This document shows positions 13,076 through 24,600 of a stretch of DNA of 64,000 nucleotides, one piece after another. The translations under genes and the position numbers were made by a program. A model generated the notes under the pieces. That model had not been told where the DNA came from, did no database searches, and saw nothing but the letters and a program-made list of their open reading frames with translations. The stretch covers positions 31,558,001-31,622,000 of the forward strand of contig CM022670.1 of NCBI GenBank assembly GCA_012295275.1, given 5' to 3'. Source of the stretch: Chrysomallon squamiferum. Taxonomy: Eukaryota; Animalia; Mollusca. The first letter of the stretch is position 1, and every line of letters starts with the position of its first letter.

Positions 13076-14510
13076 TCCTACTCTTTAATTTTCACCACCT
13101 CAACTAAAGAATTAAAAAAAAAAAAAAAGAAAAAAAAATTTTTCAGTTTATTAAGGAGAAAAAGGAGTGAAAAACATTGTTATTTTTCAGCAATGTACAA
13201 TTTGCTGATGATCTAAACTCTATATTACTTATTAGTTTAATATTTTGAAAGTATTAAGTCATATTTAAATTATTCCAGGTTTACATACACTTTTGGGTGC
13301 TACCCTGGCATGTGATCTACACTGAGCAAATTCTACTTTCACGTGTGATCTATGAGCTTATTTTAATTATTATTTTGTTCATTCTTGGGTTTTTTATTAT
13401 TATTTTTTATGGAATAAATATAACAGATTTTCCTTTTATTATATATTTTTAATGTATAGGAACAAGGGCTGAAAAGTCTACAAATTTGAATAATTTTATC
13501 AATAATTTCTTCATTATCTACAAGGCCATTTCTTCATAAAAATGCAACTGCCTTCATCTTAAGGGTTCTTTAGAAACTGAAAATAAATGAACAAGGAAAA
13601 ATCACACAGTGGAATACTGGTGAACAACCAAATGCTATATCTATTCAGACATGAATTTTGCGTCTAATGTTTCTGATACAAGCTAGATCATTTCCGATGT
13701 ATTACTTTAAACTGACATTTCCTGTTAAAAGAATATAATTATCCTTTCTAGTCACACTCTTATCTTACAAAAATTTCCTAGATATTTTTGTTGCTGAAGA
13801 TTGCCCTTTACTTTGTAGATTACACACCAAAGTAGTTTCGTCACATGTAGACTCATTTTTGTATAAGGAACATTTTTGGATAACCATAAATTCAACTTTC
13901 AAGTAAATTTTATTGAATAGTTTGTCTTCTTTTTTTTTAGGAGGGGTGTGAGGTTGGAGCATTCAGTCTCCATCCAGCACCACCTCGGTTTTGTTCATAT
14001 ATATATAAGTTCAACAACAAAAAACTAGAGTGACAGTTAACAAATTTAAAGGTGAACAAAAAAAAAAAAAAAAAAAAAAAAAAGAAAGAAAGAAAGAAAA
14101 ATGAAAAAGATAGAAAAGAAATAACGACACGTATTTTGCTACTTACTTCCCTTGATTTAAAAGGCGAGGGGAGAAGAACAACATTTGATTTGAGAAACCA
14201 TAACTGTATAAGTGAGCTCAGCTGTAATATATTTTATGAGTATATTCTTACAAGTGATATAAAAGAAATACATACGTAAAGACATTCCGAGAAACATTCA
14301 AGTTATTAATCATTTGAATTTATGTAAACATTTTAAATCATATTTAAATACTGGTTAAACTTAAAGTTTTCTTTAAATTTAATTTAACTTTTATTAGATT
14401 AATCATTAACCGTTTTTTTGTCATCACTCGAAAAACGTCTACATTAATAATTAGTTTCAAGCATTCTCTGCCATAAGTTCGATTAAAAACTTATTAAATA
14501 AAGAAATTAC

Positions 14511-14679
14511 CGATTTTTAGAGGTTGTTAAATACGAGTCGTCTGCCATGTTAAAAGTCGATCAGTCCACACAGTAAATAGACTGGTAGACTTTTTGTTTG
14601 AAGTAAGATTTTAAAGGATTCGGAAAAACAAAGTAGATGGCTATTTTCGCCTCGTGAATAAGGTTTAGCTATTCCATTA

Positions 14680-14727
<48 letters not shown>

Positions 14728-15694
14728 TGTGTCTCTTTTATTGAAAATGATTTTCTTACTGTCAGCGATTTAGCAGTCAGTAAAATCTGTTATAAGGACA
14801 CCTACATAATACATTAGAAATAGAATTAGTACTGAACCTATATTAGTTAAAATTTTGTGATTAACAACAAGTAAGTAAAATGAGAGAATGACTATATTAA
14901 ATGCATTCATGATTTAATCAAGGGGATAAACTTTAAAAAATATATTAAATGTTTATATAATATATATATATAAAAAGTTGATTATATTTTACATTCCAGC
15001 TATAAAAATAAATAAATAAATCATTAAATGTATAGATGCAAATTTAATAAAATTATTTTATTGTGTTTTTAGCTATATTCATGGGCAATCTTAGTGGTAA
15101 AAAAACAATTTTTAGAAATTTCAAAATTTCAAAATAATTATATGAAATTAATTCAGTAAAGAGAATATCAGGGAAAGAGTAATACGTAATAAGTAACCGA
15201 AATGAGACTGGAGAAAAGTGTATTTCTGAAAAAATAATAAAATTATCGTCAGTATTTATTTTTAAATTATTATTATTATTATTATTATTATTTTTTTTTT
15301 TTTTTTATATATATATATATTTAAAATGTTCAGTTTATCCCTAAATAATCTGTTAATTATGAATGCCAGAGATTATAATAAAAACTTTTTCGACATTAAA
15401 CAAACATATTAATATGACATTATATACTGTTATACTGTCATTTGCATTATCGTCACGTTATATCATCCATTTGTCATACAATAAAAATTAATTTTCTTTC
15501 TTTTCGTTTTGGTTTGTAATTCTGTTTTCGAACCAAACACGAAGAATCACGTGATCTGTGGCAGCCATATTTTTCTTACAGTAGAATTTTAATCGTAATT
15601 GTTTCAGTCATTTCATTCAGTAATACATTTTAAATTAACTCCATAACATCGGTCTGTTGTTTTCTTAATTTATTAACGAATTTTTATCAATATA
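14511..15694. promoter_or_regulatory. Divergent promoter region shared by RWDD3 (-) and YTHDC1 (+)
   Basis: Head-to-head genes with locally more CpG. YY1-like GCCATGTT (14544-14551) and GCCATATT (15564-15571), E-box TCACGTGA (15547-15554), and a minus-strand donor at 14510. Confidence 0.55.
14681..14726. repeat. (ATT)n microsatellite
   Basis: About 15 perfect ATT units. Confidence 0.9.
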
Positions 15695-18600
15695 ATGAGC
15701 GCAGAACTGCCAGATTCAAAAGGTAATATCTGTATTAGATCGGCCTATTTTTGTTCAATGACCAGTCCAGCGCTGTTGTTGGTCGCTTTCCAGTTATACA
15801 CAACAGTCAGTGTTAGCGTTAATAGATCTAAGAATGTTAAGATTAACAACCAAACCAAAATTTTATAATGTAACGAATATTACAGGGATAAGAATGAAGT
15901 TTATTGAAATGCTTCCATTAATGTTTGTTGGATAGCTGTAAAAAACGACAGTCACATATATACAGTATTCCCTCGCTATTCGCGGGGGTTACGTTCTTTA
16001 CCCCCCCGCGAATAGCGAAAAACCGCGAATATTGGATGCAGTTTTAAAACGTCTATTATGAGATTATATACGGTACTAAATGCTTCCCAAACACTTTCTA
16101 AAGACACTCTTACTCATTAATACAGTAATAATGTAGTAATATTGCATGCAGTTATGTATTTCACTAATGTAGTAATGATAATGTAAACACATTTTAATTT
16201 TGTACTGAAACAATATTTTAATCAGAAAGAAACGTAAGTGCAGGAGGACGGTAACACCGCATAGCATAGTTACCCATACAGTATTACTGTACCGTAAAGT
16301 CATTTTCTATGCGTACAACATATGTATTAGAATTGACAGAAAGTGGAACAAACAGACAGATAAATACAGTACGCACAATTCAGGTAATAATAATACAATT
16401 CAGTAATAATATGCAATTAAAAATATTATTAATACACGGTCACAAGAAATATGCACTGTACATACAGTGTATGCATTTATAAAAAAATACGTACTGTATT
16501 GCAATAATAATTGAAAAAATTTGATATTGTTTGTGCTGTCACCAATAATGAATGATAATAAAATGATGATGAAATTTGCAGTGCCATACGATGATGATGA
16601 TAACACTAATGTACAGTATGGCACAGCTTAGCTGCTGCTTTACAGCACTTTAGGTAATTATTCTTACTCTTCAGGCACTTAAGTCTCTATGACCTACAAA
16701 AACCCGGTTTACCGAGCATTTGTTTTTATGACGTTATGACGCTAGTCTGGTATACCAGCATACGATGCGATAGGGTTAAGAGCCTAACCCGCGAATATGC
16801 GGGGCCGCGAATGGGGAACCGCGAATAGGTGAGGGTATACTGTACTATGATAGTTACAGTAACTAATGAAAGTAACGTAGACTATAGAGCCAAGGCTTAC
16901 ATTAAATTTAGATTAAAAAATTAAAAGTTTCAAGATGCATCTTTTTAATTATTTCATATTTGAGACATGTTTGACGAGAAGGATACAATTATCATACAAT
17001 CTAAGTGATAAAATGTGAAAAAGTTATTAATACTAATAATAGAATTATATTTTTTTTTCTTAAAAAAAACAAAAAAAAACCTAAAAAAACAACTAAAAAA
17101 AAAGAAAAAAAAAACAATTTAAAGAGAAGAAGAAAAACTAAAATTTTAGATTACTGAAAATGCAGAAGTGAAATTATTTCTGACATTACATTAATGTACT
17201 ATAGCAGCAATTACTAGTATTAATGTAACATACAAACTATGAACAGTTAACTTAAGTTGTATCAATTTCATTAATTCAGAATAAATGTATAAGTGGTTAT
17301 TTATAACACTGAAATTTGTTGGCATCATTTCCTTCATACATTGAGGAGGATTTATTTTTTATTCTTTTTAATTTAACAATTATATAAAATACATATAAAA
17401 ACAAAAAAGATTTCTAACAAGTCTAAAATATATGAAGTATTACATCAAAATACGAATGCAATATACAAAAAAAAAAACCCACTTAAATATACATTATACA
17501 TTTTTTATGGTTAGAAAAATGCTACAAGTTTTTCTTTTCTTCACTAACATCCATTTTGTTTAGCTAGTCATTTAAAAGTATTATTTATTTTAAGATGGAA
17601 TTGTAAATGTTTTGGATGACATACTGGATGGAAATACTGGTGAAGATGAGTTTACAGGAGAAGTTACAGAAGAAAAATTAGATGGTATATTTATCTTCTA
17701 TTAGCTGTTTTTCTATACATGTGCCTATTAAAAGAAGGTTTGTTTTATTATTTTTTTAATGTAATACATTTTGTTGTTATCAGTACGACAAATGTAGATA
17801 ATTGAAATAAATTCATTAAGTTCACAAAATTATCATTATTATTATAAAGAAGAGAAGGCCAATAAAACATTATGCAGCAAATATTGTCTGTGGTCTTACA
17901 AAAGCATGTAGCTACTGTTCATAACATTTGAAATATTGAAATTTCACATTATCCTTTTGAGATGTGGAAATGACATCAGTTGGTGTCAGGACTACTGCTC
18001 CTCCCCAGACAGCTGCTCCCCATTTTCTTCCAACATACCATTCAGAATGATTTTTAAGCAACATTCCAATAAATTAGTCAAAGTGTTACATTAAACTTGA
18101 TTAAAGGCATTTGTATTACTTTGATATGCTAAAACATCTTATAAAACTTGATCTAACATCCAAGCTGACTGGAGTCAGCTGATTACTAATTAAACTTCAG
18201 AAAATAACTTTGTAATGCTTTGATCTGCAAAAAGTCTTATAAAACATCACCTAAAATCAAAGCTAAATAGAGTCAGCTAACTAAAGGTTTTTTATATTTT
18301 AAAGTATTAAAGAGAGGGCATCTGTCCAAGAGCAATTGTCCTTGAATCCATCAGTTTTGTTAATATTTACCAAAAAAAACCCCACTTATTTTTATTGGTC
18401 TGATACGTTTATTGCCAGGTCATATAATAGAAAAAAGGACAACATCTGCTAAAGCAACCAAGAAGACAGTAGTAAAGACAAAAGGAAAAGTAGTGAAGAG
18501 ACCAAAGCTTGTAAAATCAGCAAACAAGGTGAACTCGGAAAACAAAGATTCTGAAATTAGTCCAATTGATTATGATCAGAATAACAAAATATCTAAAGCA

Positions 18601-21600
18601 GTAACAAAGAAGAAAACTGTTGTTAAAAAGAGACTTGCTGTAAAGAAAAAGGCTCCAGAACAAAGTAAAGGAGACGACAACATTTCAGGTATAGTTAATT
18701 TTTTATTTTTTTTAATTAAAGTTCAAAGAAAATATATATAGTATATACTTACATAACATCTGTATTGGTTTAAATATATTCCAAAAAAGGAACAGATTCC
18801 TATTTTAGATATTTCTAATGTCTTATATAATTCAAGAAAACATAAGGATAAATGAAAGTATCAGTATATCATTCTATTATTTTGTGCTTTTTTTTTTTGT
18901 TGTTCTTCAGAACCTCCTGTAAAGATTGCTAAGCCATCAAACAAAAAGGTTAAGCCTGTCAAAAAAGCTAAAACAAAAAAATTGAAAGAAGCTGAAGAAA
19001 AGGGTTAGTTCTATTTTTTTGTGTGTTTTTCAGTTTATTTTAATTACAGTATTTCATTATCTTACAAACTAAGTAGGTAATGTTTGTTTATTAAATATTT
19101 ATGTAAAATATTTGTTTTAGGCTTTTACTAATTGCCTAAATTATTCTCAGCTGACACGATAATGTAATAAATTGTATTTATTTTAAATAGTTTCAGATCA
19201 TATAGATTATTCTCAAAAGATTTTAAAATGTAATAAGTTCTAAAAATATACCATTGCTGTTAAAGTATCTGAGGACTTGCAAATGGAAGAAGAAACAGGT
19301 ATGGTTACAGACAGTATTGAAGAGGTGGGTGATAAATTCAACCTCAGCTTTAGTGGTGGAGAAGAAGATGAAACCAAACAGACAACAACAGATGGAGATA
19401 CACAGGATTATGATACCCGCAGTGAGGCAGACAGCACTGGTGGTGATGAGTCAAATTTTACAGAGAGTGATGGAGAATTAGGTAATTTGTTACTGTATAT
19501 ATAAAAATATTTTCAAAAATAAATTAACACAGGTGTAATCTTCAGGAGAATGAATTGTTTTGTTTTTAATCAAAATACAGCAATTTGCCAGTGTTACAGA
19601 AAAGATTTATATATTTTTTGTTATGAACATTTTTTGGCAGGTGATCAACAGGAATTGTGGCAAGGTGAACGTCACTCTGAGTTTATGTTAGATGCACTGT
19701 TAAAAGGTTGGTAGTGGAGATCAAGTTGACATGCATAAAAAGTACATAGAATTACAAAACGTTGCATGCTAGTATAAAAGCTGAAAATCTGTTTCAGAGA
19801 TTTGCCATACAGATTTATGATTTAATTGTGTTTCTGTAATACTGGCATATAAATTTATATTTTTCTAAAGTGGACTGAAAAATTTACTGTTGTTAAGATT
19901 GTAGCCATAGATAATTTTAGTTCGGCTTATTATTTTTATTTTTTTCACTGTTTTGAAGAAATCCTGATCAAAATTTCACAAACAATGTATGTTGATCAAA
20001 ATATTTTCTATCAAATAAGTTGATTTGTAACACATACTGCATAATTAGTTTACAAAGAAATAGTAGCCTCCTGTATTATTTGTTACTAAATTGTCTGCTA
20101 AGATTATTTAAAAAAAAAAATCTTTGAAAATAAGTGCTTTTGATTTATTTTATAAATACATAATCAAATTTCTAGATAACTATATTGTTAGTAAGAAAAC
20201 ATGATAGCATACTTCTGGTTTATGGAAACACTATCTTAGTGCATTGAGGAGTTAAAGTAATGTTAATAATCAGACAAAATTTGGTAAAGAAGAATTGATC
20301 ATGATATTCTGCTTGCATGTGTCAGTTTGCTCTTCTCTATCAATGTTTAGTTTAATGCTTGAATTTTTGATATAATTTAAAAATGATAAAAAATTTAATT
20401 GTATATATGTATTAATTAAGATTTTACAAATTGAACTGTTTTAGGTTAAATGTTCACTATATCACATTTTATGCATTTCACACAATATTTTTACCCACAC
20501 CTCTGCTTGAATTATAAATAACATTTTGTTTTGAACAATTACAGGCTATCATGTTAAATTTTTAATTAATTTTTTTTTGTCAGTTCTAATTTAATGTTGA
20601 TTATATTCAGATGGCGAAGGAGATGCTGATGGTGAATCTCAGATGAGAAAAGTTAAGAAAAAACGTTCTGATGGCCGTGAGATTTCTCCAATTCAGTGGG
20701 ATAAGAGTGAAGAGGACAGTGACAAAAGTGATGAGGAGGATGACATTGATGATGATAAGAGTGACATTAGCAATGGCAGTTTTAAGAGCAACAAAAGTGG
20801 AAATAAGAGTGATAGTGAAACAGAAAGAAGACGTATGAAGTTTATTAATCTTTTATTCTTTTTAGTGGAAAAAATACATATTTACAATAATTTTCATTGG
20901 GCTGTTATTCTTTGGGAAAAAATCAAATGTTTCAAATATAAATTGTTATTGTTAGGTTTTTTTAAAATTTGTTTATGACACCTTTGATATGACTAATTAA
21001 TGCAGATTTGTGTTTAAAAATAGTTTTTACTTTTACCTGTTTCAGTAAAGTAAAAAATTATTTTTTAAACATTTTTAATGCACTTTTTTGAAAAAAGTGA
21101 ATTCAGTTTTAAGTAAAACTAATAATTTTGATAGTAATTCAGGATTTTAACATGCAGTTAATTTTGATTTTGTTCAAAATATAAAAGCAGGCATAAATTT
21201 TTTAATTTTTGAAATTGGTATCTTTTAAACAGGTTTCAATGCTAAGCTGAAATATATATTTAGAAATGCCCGTTACTTTCTGATTAAAAGCAACAATCAT
21301 GAAAATGTAGCTCTTGCTAAAGCCAAGGGTGTTTGGTCAACTCCACCACAAAATGAGGCGAGGCTAAACCAAGCATTCCGGGTAGGTTAACATCAAATAT
21401 TATTTAAAAGGATAAAAAAAAACTGAAGCTGGTCTTGGATGACTGTATGTGGCATATTTGTGTGCAACCCAGATTCATTAATAAATTTAAAAAAAATATA
21501 TATATATTCTTTTTTATAGCACACCGAATATTTACCTTTTTTATTAATTTTTTTTTTTTTTTTTAGCACACTCAATGTTTGTCTTTATTTTATTTTATTT

Positions 21601-24600
21601 ATTTTAGGAGAGCAACAATGTAATTCTCATCTTCTCTGTTAAAGAAAGTGGAAAATTTCAAGGTATGATTTATTTTTACTACAATAAAAATAGGATTTCA
21701 TTCTTGATTTTTCATTTTAGTTTCTTGCATGTTCTTAGAAATTAAATATAATTAAAAAAAAAAAATGTATTTAGGTTTTTGAGTTGTGTTTCATTTGCCT
21801 TAGGTTTTGCAAGGATTGGTGATGAGTCAACAAAGGATCATCCACCAATACGCTGGGTGCTTCCTCCAGGAATGAGTGCCAGAGCTTTGAGTGGTGTCTT
21901 CAAATTGGATTGGGTCTGCAGGTTTGATAGCTTGATATATATTAATTTTTTTTTTTTTTTTACTGTTATTATTATTTTTACTTTACAAATAATGAGATTA
22001 AGAAATATTCAACATAAATATGATATTAGACATGAAGATAAATTAAACTGCTGTTATAGTTAATCTTTAATGAAAACATTTCACTTACTTGGTTTCCTTT
22101 CATTTATTTTGTAAATAACATAATAAAAAAACAATAATAGAAAGGCCATTGATGAACGTGTACTTTCTTTTAGACGGGAACTGCCTTTCACTAAGGCTGG
22201 GCACCTACACAACCCTTGGAATGAATACAAACCTGTTAAAATAGGCAGAGATGGTCAGGTCAGTCTTCAACTAATTTATCTTTATTTTCTTTTCTTTTCA
22301 GGAGTTAAAAAAATATCAAATAAAAAATTATTATTTTTAAAAACAAGATTTGATAAAATTTCATGTTCTGAAGTTGATTACCTTAAATATATGATCGTTT
22401 ATTGTTTTAAAAATATTTTTACTTAGTTGTGTAGACTATTTGCTCATATAATCTTTCTATTTTGTATAACAGTTGCTTAAATAAAAACAACATTTGTACT
22501 AATTATTTTATTATTTCAGGAAATTGAAGGGCGATGTGGAGAAACTCTGTGCAAACTTTTTCCACCAGACACGAAGCAGGACATTGATGCAATTATAAGA
22601 AAAGCAAGGAAATCTCGTCACCTAGCTCGTCCTGTTAGACCAAGAGAGCGACGTGGCTCAGGCAGACCATTTGAATTTTCTAGGTTAGGATTTATTGTGT
22701 CAGAGCTGACTTGTTGTTCTGGATGAGGAGTAACATAGAACCGATGTTTAAATAAAAACCATGAGGATCATTGGCAAAATAATTCTATCCATGCTCAGAT
22801 TCGATTCCTTGTGTTATGGATTCGACTCTGAGTTGAAAATTGTTTCTGGAAATTTCTATTAAACAAGAAAAGGATTTTTTCAGATGTCTCACTTTCCTCC
22901 CACTTTTATTTTACTTTCTTTAGAAAATTAAAAAAAAAAAAAAAAAAAAAATGGGATGGGTCTGCTAAGGTTAATGTATACTTTGAATTAAAGAATTCAA
23001 AAAACATTTTAATGAAATATTTCTCTTATTAGATTGTTACAGGGACTTAATTTTGAATGCAGTTCCAGTGCATGGAACAACTTAAAAATCAAGTTTCATA
23101 CAACTAATACCGGTTCGAAAGAACTGATACTACTTCAAAACTTCTAAAACCAGTTGAAGATTCAAGTTGTGAGCAAGCATCAGGTGTAGTGTTTACTTGA
23201 AAATAGAATGTCACGAAGAAATAAAGCTGTTGTTACAGGCTAAAAGTACAAGTGAAAATCGCGTGCCGAATAGCAGAGACAATCTTTGCTGTAATTTAAA
23301 AAGAAATAAAAAAAAAAACTAACTTAGTCTGTGCATTACACCACTCCTACCGTGTGGACTAAGTATGAGTTGTGTGTTGCTCAGTCAGTTTTAGGTATAT
23401 GTTCCCCACCAGATAGCCATATCCGTGAACTGTCTTAATTTGTGGCTAAGTATGGATATTTTATAGATAAATTGTGATTTCTACATCATTAATCTGTGAT
23501 GGACAGTATTATTAGTTCGGGTAAATAGGGGCTAAAAGGACAAAATATAATATTAAAAAATTTAAGAATGTTGGGGACTAAAATAATGTGTGAAATTATG
23601 GACTAGTATCCTGTTTTCTCCCAATTTTGGACTGAGTACAAAAAATACTCATTGGGACTATGTGTCTAGGATGTGACCTTTTAGTGGAGAATCTCGCCTG
23701 GTAGCTGAGATGATTCCATCGACAGAATGGTATGTTCATTTCGTTTTTCATTTTATGAAACAAATCACAGGAAGATAATCTGTATTTATCAGAGGCTTAA
23801 AAATCAATGAGAAAAAGTAAATTGGTGCAGCAATGCAGGCTAGAGAATTTCAGTAATGCTTTTTAACATTATGAGGTGAAATATAATATTTTGTTTGTAT
23901 TTATTTATTAATAAAAAAATTCAGTGCAGAATTTATTTGATTAAACTTAATTCATTTAAACAACAGATAATGTAGGTAATGATAACCAGATTGAAATAAT
24001 CAACACCAACAAAGGTTTATTACAAATATACTAAATATATTATTATTATAATTGCTTAAAATAAATCAAAGTTTATATTCAGTTGCTTTCATGAATATCA
24101 TCAGTAAAGATCATGTATTTTTACTGTTAACTTTGAATAGATATTTTGTTTTAAGATTAATAAATTATTCACATGCAGCTAAATTAATTTCATTATATTA
24201 TATTTAATTATTTAAATTCCAAATGAATCTTTACAAACATTAAGAAATCTGTTTTTTGTTTTTCCATGTTATTAACATTCTTACTAGTTTAAATTAATTT
24301 TCTCTTTGTGTAATTAAGATCCTTAGTATTGAAATTTAAATTTTGAAAAGGTGAAAAAATATTGTCTGAAATTATAGCATAAATTGATATGCAGTTTTAT
24401 AATTTTGAAAAACATTTTTTTCAAAATGTAAAATAAAAAAATTAATAAATCATATATGTCTCATAGAATATGTTATTACTTATTAATTTTTATTATTGTT
24501 CAGTTTTGCTCATGTTCCAGCACATTAATCACTAAAATTAATGAAAATTTGATCTTACTCTGAAGGCTAATTTATAAATTCTATTTACTGCATATGATGG

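Noticed and set aside
13765-13962. 65-aa minus-strand ORF upstream of RWDD3
   Set aside because: No recognisable domain, and I could not splice it in frame to RWDD3. It is probably leader or intron sequence.
14218-14427. Possible C/D snoRNA (GTGATGA box C on the minus strand at 14427-14421)
   Set aside because: The nearest box D is about 200 nt away, with no terminal stem or evident guide sequence.
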